Assembly (NCBI GenBank): GCA_035763125.1
Contig: DASUBU010000211.1
Location: 2,134-66,133 of the forward strand
DNA: 64,000 bases
Direction of reading: 5' to 3'
From: Ktedonobacterales bacterium
GTDB lineage: Bacteria; Chloroflexota; Ktedonobacteria; Ktedonobacterales; JADMIN01
Part shown: one piece after another, positions 26,319 through 35,929 of the stretch
How the letters are laid out: each line of letters starts with the position of its first letter
Position numbering within the stretch: position 1 is the first letter of the stretch
The notes under the pieces: generated by a model
Seen by the model: the letters and a program-made list of their open reading frames with translations, nothing else
Told to the model about the DNA's origin: nothing
Databases searched by the model: none
Translations under genes and position numbers: made by a program

Positions 26319-27581
26319 ATGAGAAAGCGCACGTTCGCGCGCAGGGCGCTGGCGAGGGCCGTGGGGGCGCTGTGGCTGCTGCTCGGCACCGCGAGCGCCA
26401 CCGGGCTGGCGGCGGTCCCGGTCGCGCACGCCGCCGGCTCGTGCGACAACGGCTGCATTCATTGGGATTCAAGTATGATCTACGCCGGCCAGAACAACGG
26501 CTATCCTGAGGGGCCGGTCGGAGAGCATGCGCTGGTACATGGGGAGGGTTTCAGCGCCGAGACGGGGCAGGCGCTCACGTTCAAGGTGGTCAAGGGTGAC
26601 GTCAACAATAGTACTGATTCGGAGTTCTGCAAGCTCGAGCCCACCAAGGTGCCGCTCAATGGCACTGCGACGCCCGACGGCTCCGGAAACTTCGACTTCG
26701 GCTTCGACTGGCCGGGAGGCGCTGGCAGCGGCCAGTGGAGCATCTGCGCCTACCGCGCCGCCGACAGCTCGACCATCTTCAACGTAGATGACGGCCCCTT
26801 TGCGGTGCTCTCGTCGCAGCCGCCTTCGCTCAGCCTCTCAAAGAGTACGGTCGCGCCTGGCGCGCATCTGACCATCACCGGAAAACACTGGCTGCCTGCG
26901 CAGGGCAACATCTTCGTCTATGTCGGCCCCTGCGCCGATTGCGATGGCGCACCGGTGGCTTCGGCGATGGTCAGCTCCGCCGCCGACGGCTCGTTCTCGG
27001 TCACGCTGCCGATTCCGGCCAATACGTCGCCCAATAGCTACATCGCTAGCGCGCATACCCAGACCGGCGTGCTCGATATCGGCCCCCATGGTCCACACGT
27101 CAAGATTGCCATACCGGCGCCGACAGCTACGCCCAAACCGACAGCCACCGCAACCAGCGCGCCAACCGCGACCGCTGTGCCGTCCGCTGGCACCGGGAGC
27201 ACGTCTACGAGCGGTGGGGCCGGCGGCTCGGCGACGGTGATCGCACTACTGGCATTCGCGGCGCTGCTGCTGGCGGTGATCACTGTGCTGGTCGTGACGC
27301 TGGTGCGCCGGGGCAAGCGGCCGCAAACCGGACCACCGGGCAACTTCGGCGGACCAGGCGGGCCTGGTGGCGGCTACGGGCAGGCTCCAGTAGGTGCCTA
27401 TCCGCCCGCGCCGGGGACCTATCCGCCGGCGGGCGGCGCCTATCCGACGCCACCTGGGAGCTACCCAACGCCTCCTGGCGGCCAGACGATGCCGGGCCAG
27501 TATGGCCAGCCCGAGCCCTGGCATCCAGGCGACAACGACGCGCCGACCATCCAGACGCCGGCCGACCCCTACGGGCGCTGA
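26319..27581 (+). CDS. Hypothetical secreted, membrane-anchored protein with a Gly/Tyr/Pro-rich cytoplasmic tail
   Basis: Signal-peptide-like N-terminus MRKRTFARRALARAVGALWLLLGTASATG. Cys-containing beta-rich ectodomain. TM segment VIALLAFAALLLAVITVLVVTLV. Tail GAYPPAPGTYPPAGGAYPTPPGSYPTPPGG. Confidence 0.6.
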   Translation: MRKRTFARRALARAVGALWLLLGTASATGLAAVPVAHAAGSCDNGCIHWDSSMIYAGQNNGYPEGPVGEHALVHGEGFSAETGQALTFKVVKGDVNNSTDSEFCKLEPTKVPLNGTATPDGSGNFDFGFDWPGGAGSGQWSICAYRAADSSTIFNVDDGPFAVLSSQPPSLSLSKSTVAPGAHLTITGKHWLPAQGNIFVYVGPCADCDGAPVASAMVSSAADGSFSVTLPIPANTSPNSYIASAHTQTGVLDIGPHGPHVKIAIPAPTATPKPTATATSAPTATAVPSAGTGSTSTSGGAGGSATVIALLAFAALLLAVITVLVVTLVRRGKRPQTGPPGNFGGPGGPGGGYGQAPVGAYPPAPGTYPPAGGAYPTPPGSYPTPPGGQTMPGQYGQPEPWHPGDNDAPTIQTPADPYGR

Positions 27582-28498
27582 GGCGGATCCTCGACCGGGG
27601 CGATCTCCAGCACTTTGTGCGGCAGCCACGCTCCGGCCGCGGCCTCCCAGCGCGCCAGCCCCAGGAAACGCCCATCGGTCGAATACGCGCGCAGCAGCTC
27701 GCCTTCGGCTGGCGGCTCGGCAATCAGCGACGTCGCGGCGAAGCGCAGCGGCTGGCCGTTCTTCAGGCGTGCCGCCTGGTCCGGCCCCAGGATCGCCGCA
27801 CGGCGGTCCAGCAGCGCCTCGTCGGGCGCGTAGAGGTGATCGCGCCACGCCTCGCCCGCCAGCGCCTCTTCGAGTGCTTCCAGCGCGAGCGCCTGGCGTA
27901 GGGAAAAGGGGCCACTGCGTGTGCGCACGAGGCCCGCCAGGTGGGCGCCGGTGCCCAGGCGCGCGCCGAGATCGTGCGCCAGCGAGCGAATATAAGTGCC
28001 CTTGCCACACTCGACGTCCAGCACGAGGTCTGGCGGCTCCCAGGCCACCGGCCGCAGCGCGTAGATCACTACCGGGCGTGGCTCAGGCGTCACCTGCTCG
28101 CCGGCGCGCGCCAGCTTATAGAGCGGCTGCCCCCCTCGCTTGATCGCCGAGTAGAGCGGCGGCACCTGGAGCTGCTCGCCCAGGAACGCCGGCAGCGCCG
28201 CCTCGATCTCGGCCAGCGTGAGGGCGACCGGCGCCTCGCGCACGACCGTTCCTTCGGCATCGTAGGTATCGGTCTCGACGCCGAAGCGCACCGTCGCGCG
28301 GTAGGCTTTGCCGCTCTCGCTGAGGTATTCCGCCACGCGCGTGGCCTGGCCCGCCAGCACCGGCAGCACGCCGGTGGCCAGCGGATCGAGTGTGCCGGCG
28401 TGGCCGACGCGTTTCTGCCCCAGCAGCCGGCGCACGCGCGCCACCACGTCGTGCGAGGTCATGCCGGCTGCTTTGTGAATCACGAAGATGCCATCCAT
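27569..28498 (-). CDS. truB: tRNA pseudouridine(55) synthase
   Basis: GIFVIHKAAGMTSHDVVARVRRLLG.KRVGHAGTLDPLATGVLPV, the catalytic Asp motif. Confidence 0.9.
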   Translation of the reverse strand: MDGIFVIHKAAGMTSHDVVARVRRLLGQKRVGHAGTLDPLATGVLPVLAGQATRVAEYLSESGKAYRATVRFGVETDTYDAEGTVVREAPVALTLAEIEAALPAFLGEQLQVPPLYSAIKRGGQPLYKLARAGEQVTPEPRPVVIYALRPVAWEPPDLVLDVECGKGTYIRSLAHDLGARLGTGAHLAGLVRTRSGPFSLRQALALEALEEALAGEAWRDHLYAPDEALLDRRAAILGPDQAARLKNGQPLRFAATSLIAEPPAEGELLRAYSTDGRFLGLARWEAAAGAWLPHKVLEIAPVEDPPQRP

Positions 28499-28548
28499 GG
28501 CAGGAAGTATAGCAGCGCCCCCGCAGACTCAGTGTGCGGTGTGCGGCC

Positions 28549-29757
28549 TCAGTCATCAATCGCCTGATAGGCCAGCGTCCAGAAGTCGAGGCAGACATTC
28601 GGAGCGCTGGGGGATGTCCAGGCGCGCTGCGTCATCAAGATGGTGACCATATCTTCACGGGGATCCGCATACCAGGAGGTGCCGAGGCCACCGTCCCAGC
28701 CGAACCGGCCGGGCACCTCGGCCACGCCGGTGCGCCGCGTGACGATGGAGACGCCGAAGCCCCAGCCGTGGCTGGCAAAATAGCCCGGCACGAGACCGGA
28801 GACCGCCTTCTGCTCGGGCGTGAGCTGATCCGTCGTCATGGTCTCGACTGAGAGCCTTGACAGGAGGCGCCCGCCGCCGTACGTGCCCTGCCTCAGCATC
28901 ATCTGCCCGAAGGCCAGGTAGTCGTCTACGGTCGAGAGCAGCCCGCCGGCGCCGGAGGGGAAGGCGGGCGGGTGGCTCCACTGGCCGCCCATGGCCTCGT
29001 CATAGACCGCGAGCGCGCCGGTTTCGGGATCGTTCGCGTAGCTGGTTGCCAGCCGGTCGAGGTTGGCGGCTGGCACGCTGAAGCTGGTATCTCGCATGCC
29101 GAGCGGCTCGAAGATGCGCTCGCGAAAGTACGTCTCCAATGGCTTGCCGGAGGCCCGCGCGATCAACACACCCAACACGTCGGACCCCGTGTTGTACATC
29201 CAGCGCTCGCCCGGCTGGTGCATGAGTGACAGCGTGCCCAGGCGGCGCATCCACTCGTCCGGCCCAGGCATCGCCCCCGGCGCCGGCGGACCCATGCCGA
29301 TCTGCAGCTCGCTGGCGGCCCGCAGGATTGGATAGGCATCGGGTGGCGCGAGCATCTGGCCGAAGCCCATGCGGAAGGTGAGCAGATCGCGGACGGTGAT
29401 CGGCCGGTGTGCTGGCACCGTGTCGTCGAGCGGCCCGTCGAGCCGCTTCAGGACGCGGCGGCCGGCTAGCTCGGGCAGCAGGCGATCTACCGGCTCGTCC
29501 AGCCGCAGCGCGCATTCCTCCACCAGGAGCATCGTCGCCACGGCGGTAATCGGCTTGGTCATCGAGGAGATGCGGAAGATTGTGTCGCGCTGGATTGGGT
29601 CGCCGCCGGCAGCCTTCGCGCCAAGCGCGTCCACATGCACCTCGCCACGCCGGCTGACCAGCATGACGAGCCCGGGCACCTCGCCGCGCTCGATATAGCC
29701 AGCCATGACGTCACGCAGACGGTCGAGCCGCGTCTTGGAGAGTCCTGCGCTGTTCAT
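28549..29757 (-). CDS. Serine hydrolase, beta-lactamase / PBP4* family
   Basis: SxxK motif FRISSMTKPITAV. The length and overall pattern are typical of class C-like esterases. Confidence 0.8.
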   Translation of the reverse strand: MNSAGLSKTRLDRLRDVMAGYIERGEVPGLVMLVSRRGEVHVDALGAKAAGGDPIQRDTIFRISSMTKPITAVATMLLVEECALRLDEPVDRLLPELAGRRVLKRLDGPLDDTVPAHRPITVRDLLTFRMGFGQMLAPPDAYPILRAASELQIGMGPPAPGAMPGPDEWMRRLGTLSLMHQPGERWMYNTGSDVLGVLIARASGKPLETYFRERIFEPLGMRDTSFSVPAANLDRLATSYANDPETGALAVYDEAMGGQWSHPPAFPSGAGGLLSTVDDYLAFGQMMLRQGTYGGGRLLSRLSVETMTTDQLTPEQKAVSGLVPGYFASHGWGFGVSIVTRRTGVAEVPGRFGWDGGLGTSWYADPREDMVTILMTQRAWTSPSAPNVCLDFWTLAYQAIDD

Positions 29758-29987
29758 TGTCCCAGTCCTTCCTGCTTGGCTCCCGTCGGGGCTGCTCTGC
29801 TTCTTTTACTCGCATAGTTGCCGCCATCTGCCGCATCCTTTTGTCGTCAGCCGCCTCGTTGCTCGTTGTTGGCGAACGAGAGCCTCTGCGCGCTAAAGGC
29901 ACGACGGAGCTGGCTTGAGCGCCGTTGGCCCCATACCGTACCCACCGGCGTACGTCAGTTTGGGCGCGGCGGCCGTAGCTCTCAGCG

Positions 29988-30434
29988 CTAGATACGCCCC
30001 TCGTGCAGCATGCTGACCGCTTTGGCGATGCGCCGCTGCCGCGTCTCGTCGGTCTTCGCGTCTTCGATTGGGAGCACGACGCGCCGTTTGTTGCTGTAGG
30101 ATAAGCCGTCGAAGAAGCGTTTGGCGTGTGGGTCACGGTCGAGGGCGTCCGCGAAGTCAGGCGGTACGCTTACTTCGCGCAGCTCCGTGTCCAGCTCGAG
30201 GTCAACGTCCACTTCGTCGCCCGCGGCGACCCCCGCGTGCTCGCGGACGTCCGAACTGATGCCGAGCATGAATTCCCCGCCCATGGTCGCCACGGTGTTG
30301 CGGTAGGTGTAGCCGTTGATGGTGACGCGGACCGCCGGCTTCTTACTGGATCCGAGGCTCGTCACCACCTCAGGTGGAACGCGAATTCCCGTCGCGGTCT
30401 TGCCGTTGAGCTGGATGGTGGCCCGAAACTTCAT
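29988..30434 (-). CDS. DUF1905 + YdeI/OmpD-associated family protein
   Basis: MKFRATIQLNGKTATGIRVPPEV...VRVTINGYTYRNTVATMGGEFMLGIS. C-terminus ...RRVVLPIEDAKTDETRQRRIAKAVSML. Confidence 0.7.
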   Translation of the reverse strand: MKFRATIQLNGKTATGIRVPPEVVTSLGSSKKPAVRVTINGYTYRNTVATMGGEFMLGISSDVREHAGVAAGDEVDVDLELDTELREVSVPPDFADALDRDPHAKRFFDGLSYSNKRRVVLPIEDAKTDETRQRRIAKAVSMLHEGRI

Positions 30435-30696
30435 ACGACCTCCTCGAACAGAATGGCCTCTAGCAGTCTGGAGTCGTCATCGGTCCGGCATTCCCAGTTG
30501 GGGGCTTTCCCCCAGATGTTGACGTATGCTACCAGAGCCAGCGCGAGCGACATCAGGGCAGGGCAGCGCCATGGTCTTTGCCCTCAATTGTGCGCTGTCC
30601 TGGATTCGGGAGGCTGGCTGTGGGCTCGCGGCGTTCACCATCCAACGTGCCAGTACCGCTACCGCGTACCCGGGGCCGGTCGGACGCAGAGACTCA

Positions 30697-32220
30697 CTAT
30701 GCGCACACTTCTTCCTCGACGGCACGCTCGACGACGTTGGTCGCGTCCTCAGAAGCGCCTTCTGTCGCGGCTGGCGATTCGCGGGTCAGCAGGGTGGCCG
30801 CCAGCACAAGCGCCACCAGCACCAGTCCGGCGCTGATTGCCCAGGTGAGGTGATAGCCGCCGCTGAGCGCCACAATGGCTTTCTGGCCGTCGCCAGCGAG
30901 CTGGTCCGTGCGGCCAGCCGAGATGGTGGCGAGGATAGCGAGGCCGAGCGCCGCACCTACCTGGGTGGTCGTATTCAGCAGGCCGGAGGCCAGCCCCGCG
31001 TCGCTGGGTGTGACGTCCGCCATCGCGAGGAGGCTCAGCGCCGTGAAGGACATCCCCGCGCCGATGCCAAGCAGCACCATCGGCAGCAACAGGTCGCGCA
31101 CGTAGTCGGCGTTCAGCGGGGAGCGCGCGAAGAGCGCAAGCCCGGCCACGATGAACGCGAGGCCGGCCAGCAGTGCCCTGCGCGACCCGAACCGCGTGAT
31201 CAGGCGAGCCGCCAGGCCAATCGAGAACGCTGCCATCGCGATGGTGTTCGGCAGAAACGCGAGGCCAATCGCCAGCGGGCCGTAATGCAGAACACGCTGC
31301 ATGTCGAGCGAGCCGAGGAAGAAGAAGCCGAAGAAGGCGCTGACCATCAACGCCTGGATCAGGTTCGCGCCTGACAAATTGCGCCCACGGAACAAGCGCA
31401 GCGGCATGAGCGGGTTGGAGGCCATCGCCTGGCGGATGATGAATGCCACCAGCAGCGCCAGCGCGAGGCCGCCCAGCCCGAGCGTATGCAGCGAGCCCAG
31501 GCCATAGACGTCGGACTCGACAATGGTGTAGACACCCAGCATCAGCGCGGCGGTGACCAGGACGGCGCCGAGCACGTCCGCTCCGTGGCCCAGGCCAAGG
31601 CCTTCATCGGACTCGATCAGGCGGGCGCCCAATGCCATGGTTGCCAGCCCAATCGGCAGGTTGACGAAGAAGATCCAGTGCCAGCTAATCGCCTGGGTGA
31701 TGAGCCCGCCGGCCATCAGGCCGATCGCGCCGCCCGCCGAGGCGACGAAGGCGAAGATGCCCATCGCCTGCGCCCGCTCCTTGGGCTCTGGGAACAGTGT
31801 CACGATCATTCCCAGAATCACGGCGGAGCTCACCGCGCCGCCGACGCCCTGTATGAACCGCGCGGCGACCAGCACCGGCTGGCTGAACGATAGCCCTGAT
31901 AGCAGCGAGGCTACGATGAATATCGCCAGCCCAATCAGGAAGATGCGCTTGTGTCCGATCAGATCGCCGAGACGCCCCGCCAGCAGCATGATGCCGGCGA
32001 AGGCGATCAGGTAGGCGTTCACGACCCAGGCCAGGCCGGATTGCGAGAAGCCGAGATCACGCTGGATCGAGGGGAGTGCGACGTTGACGATGGTCGTATC
32101 CACGACGATCATGAGAAAACCGATGCACAGAACGATCAGCGACAGCCAGCGTGAGCTGACGGGCCGTGCGCGCTCCAAGATGCGCAGCCTCACATCGGTC
32201 AGTCCTGCAGTCGTACTCAC
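30697..32220 (-). CDS. MFS transporter, DHA2 (EmrB/QacA, 14-TM) family
   Basis: LIVLCIGFLMIVVDTTIVNVALPSIQRDLGFS. GTG at 32220 preceded by the strong RBS AGGAGGAGAGG. The ORF-track start at 32313 is probably too far upstream. Confidence 0.8.
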   Translation of the reverse strand: MSTTAGLTDVRLRILERARPVSSRWLSLIVLCIGFLMIVVDTTIVNVALPSIQRDLGFSQSGLAWVVNAYLIAFAGIMLLAGRLGDLIGHKRIFLIGLAIFIVASLLSGLSFSQPVLVAARFIQGVGGAVSSAVILGMIVTLFPEPKERAQAMGIFAFVASAGGAIGLMAGGLITQAISWHWIFFVNLPIGLATMALGARLIESDEGLGLGHGADVLGAVLVTAALMLGVYTIVESDVYGLGSLHTLGLGGLALALLVAFIIRQAMASNPLMPLRLFRGRNLSGANLIQALMVSAFFGFFFLGSLDMQRVLHYGPLAIGLAFLPNTIAMAAFSIGLAARLITRFGSRRALLAGLAFIVAGLALFARSPLNADYVRDLLLPMVLLGIGAGMSFTALSLLAMADVTPSDAGLASGLLNTTTQVGAALGLAILATISAGRTDQLAGDGQKAIVALSGGYHLTWAISAGLVLVALVLAATLLTRESPAATEGASEDATNVVERAVEEEVCA

Positions 32221-32366
32221 GCCTCTCCTCCTATCGCTCTCGCATAGCACGTAATCTGTTGTCACCCTATTCTGATTGTCGGGCGGATTATTGACGCTCG
32301 CTCCAGCAGGCACGCGCGCACAGTCATCCGTACGGCGTACACTCTTCGGCCTTCACCCACGCCAAG

Positions 32367-32415
32367 ACTTCATTTTGTGAAGTAATGAATATGGCGCGGG
32401 AGGCAGCTATGTCAA
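32367..32415 (-). promoter_or_regulatory. Putative sigma-70 promoter (TTGACA-17/18 nt-TATTCA) with an adjacent perfect inverted repeat ACTTCA-N5-TGAAGT, upstream of the DHA2 MFS gene
   Basis: On the minus strand: ttgaca (plus-strand 32410..32415), tattca (32386..32391) and the palindrome at 32367..32383. Confidence 0.35.
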
Positions 32416-32509
32416 GGTCATGGCAAGCTGGGGGTGGGGATACTAGACGAAAGGACGGGGACCCAGGGAAGCAAACGAGCGAGATGATCCCCTGTCTGGC
32501 CGAGCGCGC

Positions 32510-33295
32510 TCAGCGGGCGAAGAACTCTGTCAGCACAGGCGCGAGGGCCTCCGCGGCGACCTCGTGCGTCTGCCCTTCTAGCTCGCGATGCTGAGCATGG
32601 GGGAGCGCGCCGGCGAGGGCTTGCGCAGCTTGCCGTATAAAGGGGAACGTGGCCCCGCCGGCCATCACGAGCGTGGGTATGGTGACCGAGGCGGCACGGT
32701 CGGTGGGCACGGAGCTATCGCCCAGCGCGGCTGCGTCGTATGCCAATGTGGGTGCGACGGCCTCGAACAGCGGCCATATCGGCGCCTGTCGCATCCGGGC
32801 CACACCCTCGTCCCCCGCGCCGACCAGGCGCATCATGAGCTCGACCGCGTCACCTTTGCGCCCCTCTGCAAGTAGCTCCGTGAGCCGTACCCGGTACTCG
32901 TTGAATCCCTGCACACGGTCTGGGTCGACGGTGTACGGTGGCTCGTACAGCGCCAGCTTCGTGATCTTGGTGGGAAGCATGCGCGCAGCCTCGAAGGCCA
33001 GGGCCGCGCCGGAGGAGATACCATAGACGAAGGTCGATCCGCCGGCCTCATTGATGAAGGCCTCGATGTCTTCAATCTCGCGCTCGACCGCGAAGGGCTG
33101 CGTATCGCCACTGTCGCCGCGGCCTCGCCGGTCATACGTGTACACCGTGAAGTGCGGCGTCAGTTGTGCCGCGAGCGGCCCCATCGGCCCGAACGAGCGA
33201 CTGCACAGCGCTCCATCCACCAGGAGGACCGCAGGTCCGGTCCCGGAGCGATCGAAGGCAATAGGTGTGCCGTCTTTCGATGTGACGGTTGGCAT
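32510..33295 (-). CDS. Alpha/beta-fold hydrolase
   Basis: Nucleophile elbow VYGISSGAAL. N-terminus GPAVLLVDGAL. Confidence 0.8.
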   Translation of the reverse strand: MPTVTSKDGTPIAFDRSGTGPAVLLVDGALCSRSFGPMGPLAAQLTPHFTVYTYDRRGRGDSGDTQPFAVEREIEDIEAFINEAGGSTFVYGISSGAALAFEAARMLPTKITKLALYEPPYTVDPDRVQGFNEYRVRLTELLAEGRKGDAVELMMRLVGAGDEGVARMRQAPIWPLFEAVAPTLAYDAAALGDSSVPTDRAASVTIPTLVMAGGATFPFIRQAAQALAGALPHAQHRELEGQTHEVAAEALAPVLTEFFAR

Positions 33296-33313
33296 CGGAA
33301 TGTCCCCCCTGTC

Positions 33314-33790
33314 CTACTTGGCCCGCGTGTACGTGAGGTCGAAATCGTGCTCCCACGTCGTGCCGTCAAACGACTTTTCCCAGCGGGCAGTAATCGTGTT
33401 GCCATCCTCGCTCAAGGTGCCGGCAAAGCGCTGAGAGAAGCCCGGAGCGTCCCGCCACTGCTTCCACTCGCGCCCCTCCAGGCGCATCTGATAGATCCGC
33501 GACACACCGCGCCAGTCGAAGTAGAGCATGGTGTAGGTTTCACTCGCATCATCTCGACCGATGATGGAGAGCGACCAGGGAGAGGTTCCCGCTCGGTCGC
33601 CCATGCGCATGTTGAGATAGGCACCCTCCGCCAGCCACTCGAACGTGGCGTGTCCGCGCGCCGTGCTCAACGGGTCGGCGGGAAACGACATCTCGACGTC
33701 CCATTCGCCAACCAGCACGTCAAGACCTTTCAGCGCGGGATTCGGCTCGGGAGCCTTCTGTCTGGTATGAGCGTTCACGTCGTCGGTCAT
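33314..33790 (-). CDS. Hypothetical beta-barrel protein (DUF1579-like)
   Basis: LKGLDVLVGEWDVEM... ATG at 33790 preceded by GGGAGGG. The family call is tentative. Confidence 0.5.
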   Translation of the reverse strand: MTDDVNAHTRQKAPEPNPALKGLDVLVGEWDVEMSFPADPLSTARGHATFEWLAEGAYLNMRMGDRAGTSPWSLSIIGRDDASETYTMLYFDWRGVSRIYQMRLEGREWKQWRDAPGFSQRFAGTLSEDGNTITARWEKSFDGTTWEHDFDLTYTRAK

Positions 33791-33868
33791 CGCGATCCCT
33801 CCCGCTGAATACGATAGCCTCCCGCGGCTCAACACACTTCTTCCAGCTTGCGCACTTGGTGCGCCGCT

Positions 33869-34723
33869 TCATGCCAGGACGCGCGTCTCGCGCACAACAG
33901 GTGTCGTCAGAAGGGGCGGGAACACGCCGAGAATGGGCGGATCAGCCGCGCGGTGTGGGCGTAAGGCCAGCGCCACTGGTGCGTCCGCCCGGCCGTTGCG
34001 TACACGCACCGGTTGCTCGGCAGCCGCGACGAGCAGACCCGATTCTGGCAACAGGTAGTTCAGCGCGCCCAGTGACCACGGCAAGGCGGCGGCGCGGAGA
34101 TAGTAGAGCCCATCGGGCACAGGGCCGAGCTGAAAGTGACCCGGCGCGGCGAGGGTCGTACAGGCTATCGGATGCCCCTGCGGGACAGGTCTGGGAAAGA
34201 GGCCGACGAAGATCAAGCCGCCAAAGGAATCTGGCGCGGCGATCGTGCCCTGTATGCCCTCCTCGTGGAGTGCGGTGAGGCTCTGGGGTTTGTGGATGCG
34301 GGCCTCCAGTGGCGCGAGGGGGGCCGCAGCGAGCTCGTCGGCCAATTGACGCAGCTGCACCGGCGAGAGCCCGACCAACTGCTTGAAGCGAGTGGTAAAC
34401 GTGCCGAGGCTGGTATAGCCAAGATCGAAGCAGACATCCGTCACACTCAGCGATGTTGTCAGCACGAGCCGCTTTGCCGCATCCAGGCGCAGCGCGGCCA
34501 GAAACTCGCCGGGTGGAATACTGGTGATCGAGCGGAAGACGCGATTGAAATGAAACGGACTCTGGCACGCGATCTCGGCCATCTCTTCGAGTGAGAGCGG
34601 CTCCGAGAGCTGCGCGCGCATGGTCTGAATCACACGTTCGACAGCCAGTGCATAGGAGGTGAGGGTGCTTGCGCGGTACGCTCTGGCAGAGGTGAGCTGA
34701 TCTGGCGGCTGTAGCAAAGGCAT
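33869..34723 (-). CDS. AraC-family transcriptional regulator with an N-terminal HTH and an uncharacterised C-terminal domain
   Basis: LSLEEMAEIACQSPFHFNRVFRSITSIPPGEFLAALRLDAAKRLV.TTSLSVTDVCFDLGYTSLGTFTTRFKQLVGLSP. ATG at 34723 preceded by GGAGGAGG. Confidence 0.8.
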   Translation of the reverse strand: MPLLQPPDQLTSARAYRASTLTSYALAVERVIQTMRAQLSEPLSLEEMAEIACQSPFHFNRVFRSITSIPPGEFLAALRLDAAKRLVLTTSLSVTDVCFDLGYTSLGTFTTRFKQLVGLSPVQLRQLADELAAAPLAPLEARIHKPQSLTALHEEGIQGTIAAPDSFGGLIFVGLFPRPVPQGHPIACTTLAAPGHFQLGPVPDGLYYLRAAALPWSLGALNYLLPESGLLVAAAEQPVRVRNGRADAPVALALRPHRAADPPILGVFPPLLTTPVVRETRVLA

Positions 34724-34895
34724 AGACCTGCCTCCTCCATCGCTCTCTCCGCGGGCGTAGATTGCCGCGCACTGCGGCGATGTGGCTCCTTTCTCGTCGT
34801 CATGGGCATTTCCGGAAGGCAAGCCTGTGCTAGCGATGCGACGCGGCAACCCTAGGACTCGGCGGCGTCATGCTGCCCGCGCTCGTACTGGATTG

Positions 34896-35330
34896 CTATT
34901 CGTGCGCGTGGCGCACGACGATCGGCGTCTGGCCGCTGAAGACCTCGGCCTCCAGGCTGTGCTGCGCGGGGCTGGGCGTCATCGTCACCAGCACGACGGC
35001 GTTGGTGCGCGCGGTGATGCCGTGTGGCACGCGGGCCTCCAGCGCGAAGAGCGTGCCCACGCGGCCCTCAGTGCTGTGCTGGCCCGCGGTGAACGTGATC
35101 TGCCCGCGCACCACCTGCACCAGGATCTGGCTGGAAGTCGTATGGGACTTCAGGATCTGCCCCGCCTTGAAGGCAAAGAGCACCACACGCGCTGCCCCCG
35201 TGTCCGCTAGTATCCGCACGGATGGGCCGTCCTCCTGAAAGCGCGTGAGCGCGCGCAGATCGAGCGCCACCAGTGCGCCCTCATCCTCTTGCGGCTGCCC
35301 GTCGGCAGCATTGTCTTGCACAGCGTTCAT
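34896..35330 (-). CDS. Cupin-domain protein
   Basis: AARVVLFAFKAGQILKSHTTSSQILVQVVRGQITF...LEARVPHGITA. ATG at 35330 preceded by GGGAGAA. Confidence 0.7.
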   Translation of the reverse strand: MNAVQDNAADGQPQEDEGALVALDLRALTRFQEDGPSVRILADTGAARVVLFAFKAGQILKSHTTSSQILVQVVRGQITFTAGQHSTEGRVGTLFALEARVPHGITARTNAVVLVTMTPSPAQHSLEAEVFSGQTPIVVRHAHE

Positions 35331-35440
35331 CTGAGTTCTCCCACTTTCGTGTGTCGTGAGCGCCCCCAAATCAGCGGAGCGGCTGGCATGCCCGCGGAAG
35401 ACCTGCCGCCGCCGCCCGCCGCTCCGCCAAGGTTGCCTGG

Positions 35441-35707
35441 TCAGTCTCTCGTTGCTTCTGGCGTCGCGCCCAGTCGCGTGATGCGAATCGCCCAGCGGTC
35501 CGGTCCCTGCTCTTCGGGCGCCCAATCGAAGGCGCCAGGTCGCTCGGCCATCAGCTGGTAGTATAGCGGGCGCGGATCGTGATCGTTGACGAGCATCAGT
35601 GCTTCGTCTGGCTGCAGCGCATCGAGGCGCTCGAAGATCAGCGCATGCCGGTCGCGCGGCACGAGGGGGCGTACGTCCAGTACCGTCGCCTTGGAGGATG
35701 TTGCCAT
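35441..35707 (-). CDS. DUF2249 domain protein
   Basis: TVLDVRPLVPRDRHALIFERLDALQPDEALMLVNDHDPRPLYYQL, an 88-aa single-domain protein. Confidence 0.75.
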   Translation of the reverse strand: MATSSKATVLDVRPLVPRDRHALIFERLDALQPDEALMLVNDHDPRPLYYQLMAERPGAFDWAPEEQGPDRWAIRITRLGATPEATRD

Positions 35708-35804
35708 AGCGTGGTGTCTCCACTCCTGATGACTAATGACGACTCGACTCCACCGCCGAATCGCCGTGCTGCATAGAGTGTGTCGCGGCGAGTGGTATGG
35801 GCGC

Positions 35805-35820
35805 TGCGACCTTTGTCGCA
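35805..35820. promoter_or_regulatory. CRP/FNR-type palindrome TGCGACCTTTGTCGCA (site 1)
   Basis: Perfect 16-bp palindrome read directly. Lies in the divergent region between the DUF2249 start (35707, minus strand) and the DUF59 start (35930, plus strand). Confidence 0.6.
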
Positions 35821-35929
35821 GCCGTTGCAGCGGTCGGGGCGCTATCGTTCGAGCGACCCCGGTGGGAGCGCAGCTCGTTGCGAATGGGAAGCTGGCGCCG
35901 GCGGGGCCGCTAGGCGAGGAGACCCAACG

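Noticed and set aside
27569-27581. 13-bp convergent overlap between the 3' ends of the secreted protein gene and truB
   Set aside because: Short tail-to-tail overlaps are common in compact genomes. Nothing suggests functional significance.
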